A DNA stretch of 63,875 nt, counting the filler, from Atractiella rhizophila (lineage: Eukaryota): assembly GCA_021432655.1 (NCBI GenBank). It is 7 parts of 7 records of this genome, joined end to end, with 100 filler letters (N's around TTAATTAATTAA, not from the genome) between each part and the next. Parts side by side here need not be neighbours in the genome. Positions count along the whole stretch, not along the records: positions 24,928 to 39,081 come from MU271965.1; positions 39,182 to 53,097 come from MU271966.1; 5 more parts are not named here. The stretch is one strand, 5' to 3'. Each line of letters opens with the position of its first letter. Positions within the stretch are counted from its first letter, which is position 1. The notes below the pieces were generated by a model. It did not search any database and was not told the DNA's origin. It worked only from the letters and a program-made list of their open reading frames with translations. This document shows positions 37,576-49,519 of the stretch, one piece after another. The position numbers were made by a program, and so were the translations under genes.

Positions 37576-39081
37576 TCAATTCTCGTTCACTTCACCGATG
37601 CCTAAGCGAAGTCCTGGGAGATCCTCTCGCTCCTTGATCACACGGGAGTATCCTTTCATGGTCGCATCGTCCCATTGGCCGAAGAAATTAGAAACTCGGA
37701 AGAATCTCCCAGGGAGGTAAAGCCAGTCGAAGACTTCTTGCCAACCTTCTGGCCCGATATGCAGAGCAATGAGATCGAGATGCCAAAGATTGAAGAATTC
37801 TCGCAGAAAGCCTTTATCGGAAAGCAATTGGGTAAAGAAATCATAGGGCAATAAATTTGAGTTTTCGTGCAATCCATCGAGAACAAGCTCGCAAATGTTT
37901 TGGAAGTTAGTGTGGTGCAACGGATATGGGACTCTGAACTTGAGAGCGGCATCCTCTTCCCCAATTACAGTCCTCAAATCAAGGTGAAACCACGTTAAGC
38001 GGAGAAGCAACGAATCCGTCACCAGAGAGTTGGGTATGGGTGCGCAGAAATATAAATGTAAATTCTTCAGATTCGCACTAGCTTTGATGACACCGGACCA
38101 GACTGTACCCTCGATTGGACTATCGTACAGATGCAAAGTGTAGAGTCGAGGAAGTTCGATATCTAGACCTTTGTATATTATTGCGTCATCAAACGGAGTT
38201 ATCATTCTTCCCGTGAGAATAGCAAGACTTTGCAGCGATTGGGTATTTGCGAAAAACAGCTCCATGTCGTCCGTTTCCCAACCGCGATCGAAAGTTAGTT
38301 GGTAGAGGCTTTTCCATCGAGACATGCTCCACATCAACTCTTCACGCTCGGCCTTCGACCAATGGACATCAGAAACAGTGAAAATGCTAGTCTTGATTTG
38401 ATGGCTGATGTCGGCAACAAGTTTCAATTCTTCCATGGGTAAACAAGAGTTTACAAAAAAATCTGTCCAACGGCGACCCGCTCCAGGATAGGCCCGTAGT
38501 CGTGACACCTTTTGCTGGATTCCACGAGGTTCAGGAAGATAAGCAGCTGCCACCGCTCTCCACCGCTTAGAGACAGCTAAAAGTGGCGCTGCAGTTATAC
38601 GGCGGTCGACTCGGGAACTGGAAATATAAAGGAAAGAGAATACGACCTCCAAAAGTTCGACTGGCATCTCAGAGACCTGTGAGGTCGCGAGCTGTGGAGC
38701 TAAACGCACAATGAAATCGTGATTGACTTCCGGGGCATCAGCAGGTAAATAGCGCTGAGCGCGAAAATCATAGACGGCCTCCGTGCAATGGGCTTCAGGT
38801 GAAACTTCGAGCCAGCCCTTCATCTTGGCATGCAATCCGTTGGCCGTTAAGAATCGTCTTTTCTCCTGAGGATCAGATGCTGTCGTAGTATAAAACCGAT
38901 TGCCTGTAAGGGGAAGGTAGACGGAGAGGTCACAAGCATGGGACGTTTCCGAAAGCGGAATAAGGTCAACGTGGGAAATAACGGTTCGCTGGTAAAGATG
39001 GTGTCTTCGGGGAACGAAGAGCTTGATTGATCGATACCCATGGCCTCGCAAGCATTGGGACGTATCAAGTGTTATGCACTG
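37576..39081 (-). CDS. F-box / LRR-like protein, intronless, 5' end at contig edge
   Basis: F-box-like SEMPVELLEVVFSFL..LLAVSKRWRAVA followed by LxxLxL repeats. Confidence 0.7.
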   Translation of the reverse strand, partial: QCITLDTSQCLRGHGYRSIKLFVPRRHHLYQRTVISHVDLIPLSETSHACDLSVYLPLTGNRFYTTTASDPQEKRRFLTANGLHAKMKGWLEVSPEAHCTEAVYDFRAQRYLPADAPEVNHDFIVRLAPQLATSQVSEMPVELLEVVFSFLYISSSRVDRRITAAPLLAVSKRWRAVAAAYLPEPRGIQQKVSRLRAYPGAGRRWTDFFVNSCLPMEELKLVADISHQIKTSIFTVSDVHWSKAEREELMWSMSRWKSLYQLTFDRGWETDDMELFFANTQSLQSLAILTGRMITPFDDAIIYKGLDIELPRLYTLHLYDSPIEGTVWSGVIKASANLKNLHLYFCAPIPNSLVTDSLLLRLTWFHLDLRTVIGEEDAALKFRVPYPLHHTNFQNICELVLDGLHENSNLLPYDFFTQLLSDKGFLREFFNLWHLDLIALHIGPEGWQEVFDWLYLPGRFFRVSNFFGQWDDATMKGYSRVIKEREDLPGLRLGIGEVNEN

Positions 39082-39181
39082 NNNNNNNNNNNNNNNNNNN
39101 NNNNNNNNNNNNNNNNNNNNNNNNNTTAATTAATTAANNNNNNNNNNNNNNNNNNNNNNNNNNNNNNNNNNNNNNNNNNNN
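39082..39181. other. Artificial contig linker
   Basis: 44 N + TTAATTAATTAA + 44 N. Confidence 0.99.
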
Positions 39182-39660
39182 AATTCCATCCACGACGCCA
39201 TGAGTGTTTTGTACCAAATCTTCGGTCAGCCGTTGAGCAATCACAGAATCTATGCTGTGCGCTATTCTTTTTCTATGGCACGAATCTGAACTCTTTGGGG
39301 TAGGCATTTGCCAGCTCGCTTCTGATCTTCTACTCGACCCAGTGGATTTTCGCGCAGGTGAGTGTCACTTTTCTTCAACCGATCGAACTCAACATGAGCA
39401 TAGGAACATATTCCTCTCACCGCCGTGAGAACGGGTATCGATAAATTCTTTCTTCCACCAAGCGCGTACCCGCAGGTAGCTTTTACGGGATTGCAAGGGT
39501 TGTTCTTAGTTGCACTTGGAGAATGGACATTTAGATGGGCTAATGGTGAAGTGGGACCTGGTACGTCGTCTGATTTTCCTGAAATTTTACGGGAGTGAAG
39601 CGAAACTGCTTTATGATGTCACTGTCAGTCTCCTCTCTGCGTGCATTTAGCGCGTCCTAG
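39182..39660 (+). CDS. 3' exons of an unidentified membrane protein
   Basis: Canonical introns join AFASSLLIFYSTQWIFAQ|EHIPLTAVR..GLFLVALGEWTFRW..GP|VSSLRAFSAS*. Confidence 0.5.
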
Positions 39661-40155
39661 AGCAGGCACAGAATGAGACACCCCCAACGGAAAATAAGTT
39701 TCAATGGTGGTTTTAACAGTGTTCCGTAATCTCTTACATCAGTTAAACCCTCCTCTTATCCTATTGGGATCACGGAACCAGAATATGGTGCCTAGATCAA
39801 AGACAGAATTTCCGTCAAAGATCGATTGACTTCTATCTTCGTGCAGATGGGAGTGGGCGACAATTGTGTTGTGCCGAAAGATCTGCGCGCAAACAGCTGA
39901 GTATGAAAGTGCTTTGATTCCCAGAAAAATCTCCACCTTCAATAAGACTATTACGTGCCACATTGTTATAATCCTCAACCAATGTCGATGCTCGCCACAT
40001 ACTGCCTATGTAGACACATAAGTGGCTTTTTTTATGTCGATGTTTGTTCCTTTATCATATGTTTAACGTGCCGTAGAGATTTCCCAATGAGAGTGCTCTA
40101 CCACCCTGCTGTTATCTCAGCTGTTATCATGAGACTGACCATGATCACGATGTAG

Positions 40156-40957
40156 TTGCGATCGCGCTCCTCCTCTCGCTTCCCTCAGCATCTATCGACC
40201 TATTCCTTCACTTCCACTATTTGGTTCAAACCAACACGTTGGTCTACCATCGAGCTTCGCATGTGGTCTCCCTGGCTCTTGCGCTCTCTGCTGCGGCGTA
40301 TCTTGTCCCATTCCATTCCAACTACCTTTCACCTAACGTACCGCCTCCCCGTCGTGGCAAAAAGTTCTTTAACCGGTTGATTAAGCCTGAGGAGCTGCTG
40401 TCACAGCTACTTGCTCCCGCTCTTGGACTGGCGATTTCCACCTTCTTGTCCTACGTCTCTTACAGGTTTTTCTTGGAAAACTTCTTCAGAGAACATGCGG
40501 TCGATATTCTCGCTCCTCCCCAGAACGTGTCAGGAACAGCAAAGTTGTTCGAGTTACCTCTCCTCCATGTTCCGATGTTGAGACCAGAGCCTTTGTACAA
40601 AGGATACCAGTCAATCATCCCCTTTATCACACTTAACGTACGCTCTTCACTTCGCCATCCATGCGCTTGTATACTTTTGCTCATCAATGCTTACAGGCGC
40701 CTCTTCCACTTTCTGTCGCCGCCCTCTACCTTGTTACGCCTTCATCACCAGCTGTGGTGTCAAACATCGTTACACTGTCCATGTTCATCGACACTTTCAC
40801 CACCCTCGGTTCCAAGCTCCCAGTTGACTGGATCGGTGCTCTTGTCGTCGGGTTGGAAGCTGGAATCAGGGCACAAATTGTCGCCAGAGCGACGTGTTGG
40901 GCACTTGTTGATACGAAGAGAGCGGTCAGGGGCGAGACAGACAAAAAGGCAGAATAA
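40156..40957 (+). CDS. Hypothetical multi-pass membrane protein (start exon unresolved)
   Basis: Hydrophobic ORF; intron GTACGC..TTACAG (~40638-40696) joins the 40221 and 40661 frames. Confidence 0.5.
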
Positions 40958-41742
40958 GCGGTCATTCTTGTTCACATATCTGGCTTCAATGTCCACATTC
41001 ACATTAATAGTTCCGGATAGTCCGAAGTTTTATCTTCTCCTTTATGTTCAAGGAAGTGCTTTTCGTCGTTTCGGTGAGATGTGCTTGTTGCTTGTCTAAA
41101 TTTTGTCCAATGTGATTCCTTTGCGTAAAAAAGACATTCACAAAGAATTATAATAAGACTCCCAGCACTCAACCGCGTGACTAGATTATGATTACGCTGT
41201 AATACGCTCCTCCCTTCTCTGCGTAACCTGTCGCGCGGTATCGCCAGTGGTCGCAATCAGAGACGCGGAGAGGGAACTGGTAGGTGCCAACTCCATTATC
41301 TCATAAGCATACTATACTGGGGCTTATTGTCCTTCTAATCACAACGTCGCCTCCAAGATTTCGTATATCACGGATGTCAATATAGCGTCAGAGTTCAAAT
41401 CACAGTCTGTGTCTGGAACTTGATATTCGCTCCAGCCCAAGCACCCGCAGGCGACCTTAGATGTTTATGTCGAAACAGAAGCTCTCAAGTATGCGGTTTT
41501 ACCAGTGCATGAAAGCACAATGTTTGAGGACTTATTGTCTCGACGTCTTGATGCATTCGACTCTGAGAGTTCAGTTTTCGAGTTTCTGGCCTCAATGACT
41601 TGCTCGGGTTCGTAACAATTGGGATGTGATTTTACGCGACAGCTCTTCAATTTTCTGACTTTAAATTGGCATTCAACTCGACTTACAATACATTACTCCG
41701 TTGACATACTCTTTATCTTGACTGATTCTCCTGTTGTAGACC

Positions 41743-42868
41743 ATGAGTTCAAAATTTGGCCGCTCACCCGATCCTGCTATTCAATCCATAACGTCTACTA
41801 TTCCCTCTCTCTCGACCTATAAATTGACACAGACCCATGTCTTATCCTCACTCTGGTCAAATTATGGATCGATCGCTCGTCTTGTATTCTCGCCTTCTCT
41901 CAGTCTAATTCTCAAACGGGTGTCTCCCCCTCCTGCCAAGGGAAAGAAGGCGGACGAGAGCCACTTGCGAAAACTTCTCTCGTACGAAGTCGAGAGCTGG
42001 TTCTACGCTCACCTTGCCCCGGCGTTATCTCTCCACGCCCAGGCCGGTGATTGCAAGATCGCAAAATGTTATTCTTCCACACGCTCCAAGGAAGGAAATA
42101 TCGAGTTGCTGATGGAGGATTTGAGTGTTTCTTTCCCTGAGAGTCTGTACGAGTTTGATCTGGAACAAACGCTGGTGGCGTTGAGATGGCTGGCTTGCTT
42201 CCATGCCACTTTTTGGGGTAAACCAGCGAAGGAGGCCGCGAAGATCAGGCCGCCCCTTGAATATACCGACGGGGGTGAAAAAACTGGAGGAGTGTGGACT
42301 CAAGGTGGATATTGGTATTTCGACACAAGGAAAAGCGAGCTGAAAGGCGTCCGTAATAAACTCTTACTCAATTGGGTAGAACCTGTCCGTTACTTCTCTA
42401 ATACTCTTCGCTTCTTCATATGAGAATATCACACAGCTCGATAAAATCATCAAGGAAGAAAGCAAGAACTATGGAACGCTAGTCCACGGCGATCCAAAAG
42501 GCGAAAACATCCTTTTCTCTCCCTCATCCGACCCCAGTCCAACCTGCGCCATGTACGACTTCCAATATGTTGGTCTCTCTCTGCCCACCCGCGACCTTGT
42601 CTACTTTCTCTGTACGACTGCCTCCTTGTCAGTTCTTTCGTCTGTAGACAACTTACTCGATTATTACCTCTCCATCCTGCTGGAGAAGAACCCTAATATC
42701 GAGTACAGACAAGAAAGGCTCAAGTTTCATTGGGAACTCATGGTGGTCGATTGGTACAGGTTCATGGAGGGATGGGGTAGGTGGGGCTCATTCAGATGGG
42801 TCGAAGAGAGGGCGGAGGAGATTTTGAAGAGGTGGGAAAAGGACGGAGAAATTGCCATCAGTGCTTGA
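41743..42868 (+). CDS. Ecdysteroid-kinase-like / APH-choline kinase superfamily protein
   Basis: SLWSNYG, SHLRKLLSYEVE, FHATFW, GGYWYFDTR, TLVHGDPKGENILF, YDFQYVG, DWYRFMEGWG. Confidence 0.88.
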
Positions 42869-43180
42869 CAGTTTAAACTCATTAATCATAGCATCGACCT
42901 CCAGTCCAACGTACATGGGTTTGTCGGAAAGTCGTCTCACGAGTCACGCTGGCATGGGGACCATAGGAGGTATAAGCGCAGACCAAAGAGAAGTGACGCA
43001 GAATAAAATAGGTGAAATGCATTGATTTATCAAAACGTAGTATGTATACGAAAAGATTGATCGTTCAGGTGAGAGCGGGGAAGCCAGCCATGAATTGATA
43101 GCCTGGCGACGAGGCGACTGATATGAGCTCGTTCGACACACTCTCCATTATTATTGGCGTTGGCATTTCAGGCTCAACGT

Positions 43181-44134
43181 TTAACACTGTTTAGCCAACC
43201 AGATGTCTCATTAGGAAGGCAAAGAGGAAGGTAGGGAGAGGACAAACCTCTGGTGCACCGCCGGCCGACGTGTTGATGATGAGCGCGACGATCAGACCAT
43301 ACAGACCCAAAACTTCCGCAAAAACTGACAGAACATATCAACGTCCCATTCTTTCCCAAACAAAGGAGATAGGTGAGAAGGACGTACTGAGGATCAAAAT
43401 CATTCCGACATAAAGCCTTGGCTGCTGAGCTGTTCCCCTGACCCCGGCGTCACCAACGATGCCTACCTTACTCTTGAGTACAATAGACAAGAAACAACAT
43501 GGGAAGAACACACCGATGGCGAATCCAGCTGCAAGTCCTGCAAGTCCGACGGACAGACCTGCACCGAGTTGAATGAAACCTTTGAAGAGAGACATAGGGG
43601 ATGTGATTTGGCCAGAGATGAGAACGGAGACGACGAGTCCATCTTTGTGATTTTGCATTATTCAGTACTATTCACAAGAGAAGAAGACATGGGCTCACAG
43701 ATCTACACAGCGCGAGTTGAAGGAGAAGTTTACGCGATGAGCCGCAGGGTGGAGAGGTGAGTGTAGGATACATACACCAATGATACCAGCCATGACAACG
43801 GGGATAATACATTTGATGAGGAGGTCAGGTCGAAGGACTCCCATGGCGCTGATACCAACTCCGGACTTGGATGTTCCGTAGGAAGCACCCATACCTTCAT
43901 ACCCAACCCACTTGAACTTTCTTCTAAGAACAGGCCGCAGCGGAGATACATACAAGTGAAGACGATGGCGGAGGTGCAGCCCTATACATTTCCATTCTAT
44001 TTAGCAAGACAGTGCGAAGTAGAAGAGGACTGAGTACCATGACACCAAAGAAAGGGGCGTAGACCTTCCACATCGTCAATTTCCTTCGTTCAAACGGGAG
44101 AAAGCGAACATACAGGACAAAGATCAGACGACAT
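43181..44134 (-). CDS. VMA3: V-type ATPase proteolipid subunit c, multi-exon
   Basis: [25 protein letters not shown]|..[73 protein letters not shown]. Confidence 0.96.
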
Positions 44135-44288
44135 TTTTATTATTTCTCGAGGAGAGAATACGAAAGTGGAGAATTGAGGAGTATGAAGAACTGAGGTGGT
44201 GGTTCGTGTACTCCAAGCCCAAATGCTGCGCTTTCGGCGTCTGACAAAAAACCACGAACCAATCACATTCCAACCAACCAAGCGCAAT

Positions 44289-46049
44289 ATGCGTCCTTCC
44301 CTCGCCCGCTCCCTTTTACGCTCCTCTTCAGCAGGAAAGGTCCTACGCCCAGCACCTGCCAGGGTTTTGACTCCTCAACTCCCGAGGAACTATGCCACGG
44401 CCATTGGAGGCGTTGCTTCGCCAGTGACGGAAATTACTACCCTCCCTTCTGGCCTTACCGTAGCCACAGAGGAATGGAAGGGTGCTAAGACTGCCACGGG
44501 TATGTGTTGTTATTTTGTGCCGAAGAAGGAGCAAAAGTGATGTGGTTGCTGCAGTCGGGGTGTGGATTGACGCTGGTTCAAGAGCGGAGAACGAGAAGAA
44601 CAACGGTGTTGCCCACTTTCTGTGAGTTTCAAACCTCTTCTGCAGTATACGGATGAGGCGAGAGAGAAAGGATGATCTGACATGACTGCGGTTGTAGGGA
44701 GCATATGGCATTCAAAGGCACCTCAACTCGACCACAAACCTCGCTCGAGCTGCTTGTCGAGAACCTTGGAGGGCACTTGAACGCTTACACGTCCCGGGAA
44801 CAGACCGTTTACTATGCCAAGTCTTTCTCAAAAGACGTCCCGACGATGCTGGAGCTCATCTCGGATATTCTTCAAAATTCCAAGTTGGAGGAGGGGAGCA
44901 TCGAGAGGGAACGGGATGTTATCCTGAGGGAGATGGAAGAGGTGGAGAAGCAAATGGAGGAGGTTGTGTTTGATCATTTACATGCAACCGCTTTCCAAGG
45001 TTCGTTTTTTTCGCGTTATTGTCTCAAACAGCTCAGGTTGAATGTTCTGGTATCACTTGTGTTCATTAGGTCAACCTCTTGGGCAAACTATTCTCGGACC
45101 GCGTGCGAACATCATGTCTATCACCCGTGCCGACCTACAAGAATACATCAAGACTCACTACACCTCTGACCGTATGGTTCTCGTTGGCACTGGTGGTATC
45201 TCCCACCAAGAACTCGTTTCCCTGGCCTCTAAACATTTCAGCAACCTCCCTGTTTCTCCGAATCCCATCAAGCTCGGTTCCTCTTCTCACAAGAAAACCG
45301 AGTTTGTCGGCTCAGAGATCAGAATCAGAGACGACCTCGCGCCGACTGCTAACATTGCGCTCGCCGTCGAGGGAGTGGGATGGAACCACCCAGACCATTT
45401 CCCTCTTCTAGTCTTGCAGAGCGTGTTCGGCAACTGGGATCGTTCACTCTCCGCCTCGCCCTACCTTTCTTCCTCTCTGAGCCATCAAATCGCAACGAAC
45501 CAGCTTGCGAACAGCTTCATGTCCTTCTCCACCTCCTATTCCGACACCGGCTTGTTCGGAATTTATCTCGTCACCCAGGCTTTCACTGCATTGGACGAAG
45601 TCGTACACACCACGTTGAAGGAGTGGCAAAGGGCTGGAATGGGAAGTTTGAAGGACTCAGAGGTCGAACGAGCGAAGAGGATGTTGAAGGCTGGTCTCCT
45701 CCTCGGAGGCGGTGGAGAAGGAGGAGGAGGAACGACTGGCGTTGCTGAGGAGATTGGAAGGCAGATCGTCACCACCGGAAGGAGATGGACCGTCGAAGAG
45801 ATCGAAAGAAGGGTCGATGAGGTCACCCCCAAGGACGTCGAGCTCGCTGCAAGGAAGTACTTGTGGGATCGTGATTTGGCTATTGCTGCAACAGGCAGGA
45901 TCGAAGGAATGTTGGATTATGTCAGAAGTGCGTCCTTTTCCTTGATGTACCCTTTGATTCTCCCCATTCGTGCGATGGTGAACGCATGCAGGATGCTGAC
46001 GACGATTTTGGGAACAGTTCGCTCCGACATGTCCAGCTTGAGGTTTTAG
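44289..46049 (+). CDS. MAS1: Mitochondrial processing peptidase beta subunit (M16 family)
   Basis: Arg/Ser-rich presequence, [27 protein letters not shown] (HxxEH), [19 protein letters not shown]. Confidence 0.95.
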
Positions 46050-47334
46050 ATGTGGAAGAGTGGAGTAAAATGTTCCTATATTGGAAGTCATAATCTATTT
46101 CCTTGTCAAAACAGGACCCAACTGTTGAGCTAAAAACTGAGTATCTCATGGAGAAGAGAGTTTACGTCCCACGGTTCGTCACAAAACTTTCAGCGGATGA
46201 GACCGTCGTTGGAACTCAACATGCTTGGAATTCCCTTCGAGGCATGACAACAACTCGGTCGAGAGCCTTCTGGTGCGGTGCAAAGGAAGGGAAGCTTGGA
46301 GCAACAGCACCACAAGCACAATCTGAGTTATTGACTGGATTTTCAACGCCCGAGACGGGTTCCGTCTGCTGACTGGCTGAAGATTTGCTTTGGAGCACGG
46401 TTCGTTCTAAGAGATATCGTGCATAACTGGAGCTTTCTGTTTGGTGGATCTGGATGAGCGCGGGAAGAATTATGGTCATGAAAGATCATCAGTTCTTGAA
46501 GAGGAAGGAATCGCCCTGGTCATTTTTGTTTGGCGGAACGAATTATCGAGTTGTCAACTCAGCTTGGGATGAGATCCGAAATCTTCTGTCATGACACCCT
46601 ACGAGGATGGCTGGATCAACTGTGGGATTCATTCAAAGATTCGCCCAGCCGAAGACGATAGAGACAGATTCGGCTTTGATCTTCTAAGCCCTGTGAGAAG
46701 TGAGAAGCGAGGCAAAAGTGTTTGCGCCTTGGATTTAGTAAAAGCACAAGATTTATGGATGAGCCACGCCAGCACAAATGAATAAATCATGGTGTTGTTC
46801 CTTTCTGAGGCAAATACATTCGTTGTGCTGTGTCCTAGGAGAGCGAGGTGGGGGATTAACGGGTCATCTGGCAAACCAAACTCGAACGGGGAGGTTTGCA
46901 TACCCGCGCGCCTCACCGACGACTTAGCCGTGTAGGAACAGCTTAGGAACAGCGCGAATACGCTGCAGTGTCGCGTAACCTAGGTGCCGCGGTAGACGTG
47001 GACACCTGCAGTCTTTGCTCCTGGTCCTGATCATCATATAGGCATCGCGAAAAAAATAAAGTAATGCCTCCTTGACCCGACGCTGCCCGACGTGAACAAG
47101 CTTATCTAGATCTCGAACCGAAGTCAGGATTGCGAGGATTGAACCCGTCCGTCGCTCCCCGCCTGTTTTGCTTCTTTCTCAGCGGTTGAAAGCGGCCTAG
47201 AATATTGGGATTGATGATGCAACTTCTCAACTTCTCCATTATGCATGACTCACTGCTGCGCGCCAGCGTCCGTTTTTGTGGCAAGCTGACACAGTGATCG
47301 CAAAGCAAGTGTAGGATTGGATGCAAAGATCAAG

Positions 47335-48208
47335 ATGCCATCCGTGAAGAACTCGAAAGATCAGCGGCTAATCTCTATTGCTAAGGGATTTGACAATGTA
47401 CCCTGGTGTGAGGATTATGAAAAGATGATTTCTGGGATGTTGTGGGTCCCTTCTCTCTCCTCTGAGACGATGTTTCGTGTCAAAACTCAAATTCGTACTT
47501 TTCAGATATGATGCCATGGTTCCCGAGCTCGTTCAGGGGCGGTTTCACGCTCGTCGCCTGTTGGCGGATTACAACTTCTCGCCCATCGCAAAAGACGCGA
47601 CGGTGGACAGCCTAGTTTCTGAACGGGCAGAAAAGCTCAAGGGCCTCTTTGGAAAAGTTGGAGATGGGGTGTTTATCGAACCTCCTCTCCAAGTTGACTA
47701 CGGATGCAATATCAGCGTCGGGAAACAATTTTACGCAAATTTCAAGTTCGTTTTCCTTTCTTTCCCTCAAATCAAGCAAATCGATGCTCATTTCTTTTAT
47801 TTCCGACGATTTCAGCTGCGTTATGCTTGATTGCAGTCTGATCACTATTGGTGATCGGGTTATGTTTGGACCAAACGTTAGCATTTATACAGCAGGACAC
47901 GAGGTTGACATTGAATCGAGGAGGAGGGGGGAAGAGTTTGCCCACGAAGTTTCTATTGGAGATGATTGTTGGATTGGTGGAGGAGTGAGTTTCTTGATCC
48001 TAAATCCAATCCTTCCTGAATTCATGGGCACACGCTAAATTGGAGTACGCTACTGCAGGTTATCATCCTACCTGGAGTGACGATAGGCAGGGGATGCACA
48101 ATTGGAGCTGGTTCGATTGTCTCCAAAGACATTCCTGAATACAGTGTCGCGATTGGTACTCCCGCCAAAGTGGTGAAAAAAGTAGAAAAACCCAAAACTG
48201 ATGAATGA
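47335..48208 (+). CDS. Maltose/galactoside O-acetyltransferase (hexapeptide repeat)
   Basis: [73 protein letters not shown]. Confidence 0.93.
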
Positions 48209-49098
48209 TCTATTTGTTGTGATCCTACCTGCTCTGCCTTCGCGTCCTCCGATCGATTGGACCTCGCACAACCGATCCCTCTGTCATGGTCCAGTCGATC
48301 TGTTCAATCACCTTATTTCAACCAGGTTTCAACAGAAATCTGACAAGACGTGTTGAACGAGATTTTCAGCTCGTGGCGCTCTTCCATCGAGCTCCGGACG
48401 TTCGATGGTTGAGAGACGCCCCACAGAATTCAACCTGCTGATTTCGCTCGTCCTTCGTTCATATGTTCATACGTTCAGGTCAAAGTCTCTTGATAGCGAG
48501 CGAGAGCGATGCGGCGTTGACGTTAGCAAGGTCTTGTCTTCTTCGACGAAAGTTGAGTCTGTGGAAAGTCTGTCCGCGCCGCAGAACATCTGAGTTCCAA
48601 AAGTCATGGTGTGCTCTAACGAGTTGAGTTTTCACATTCTCAGAGCCATCAATGCAACCGCCACCACCCCCTCCACCTTCTATGACCCTAGAAGCCGTCC
48701 TAGAAGCGATCACAGTACATTTCTGTTCGAGTGTTGGAGTCAACTCTCGCTGATCCGAAGTATGGGAAGGTTTGGGGTGTTTGTAACTACGTGACCAGAT
48801 TCAAGATAAGATTGAATGGGCTTGTGTACGTCTTGTGATTGCCACTAAGTTGGTGCAAAAAGTAGTGTTTCTTTGGCATTTCTCAGCGTTTCGGCAACGT
48901 GCCCACCTCCACTTGTTATTTTGCAAATACTGCGACGCTTTCTGGACATCTTTAGCAGGCTTTGAGCTGGAAAGAGTGGCATTTGAGAAGTGGAAGCGAT
49001 CATGGAGAATGCGAACTTCTTTGCCGAAGCTCTTCCGGGCCGAGTTTCTCCACGTGTTTCGGCTCATAAGCTTCGCTGTACGCCCTCTGGCGCCCGTT

Positions 49099-49118
49099 TG
49101 AGTCAGATTGTGACGTCA
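49099..49118. promoter_or_regulatory. Adjacent AP-1/Gcn4 (TGAGTCA) and CRE (TGACGTCA) consensus sites
   Basis: Exact consensus matches at 49099-49105 and 49111-49118. TATAAA at 49307-49312; ATG at 49520. Confidence 0.45.
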
Positions 49119-49519
49119 GAAAATGCCGCATTTCTGCTCTAGCTGCAGGTTCCATCCAGCTGGGATTCTTGCTCAGCTCAGAGTGTTTGAATCCGTGAGC
49201 AAGATTCTATGAAAAAGCGTCTTGTTTTGTCCAGACAAATGTGACTGTCGGACTGGCCGAGACATGGTGAGGTCTTGAATTTTTTTCCGAGCCAGTCGGA
49301 TGGTTCTATAAAGAGTTAGGCTGCTTTAATTTTCCCTCGCGATCGTCAATTTCCTTTCCACGTCCTTGGGTTGGGACAAAACACCGAGCATTCCCTTTAA
49401 TTGGCACACAGTCCCCCTGTCGACAAAAAGAGACCTCTGCTTTGTCCTTTCTTAAAGTCGAATCCCCTTTTCTCGGCTCGATTTCACGATCCTAGGACAC
49501 CCGTTATTTGGACAATCTC

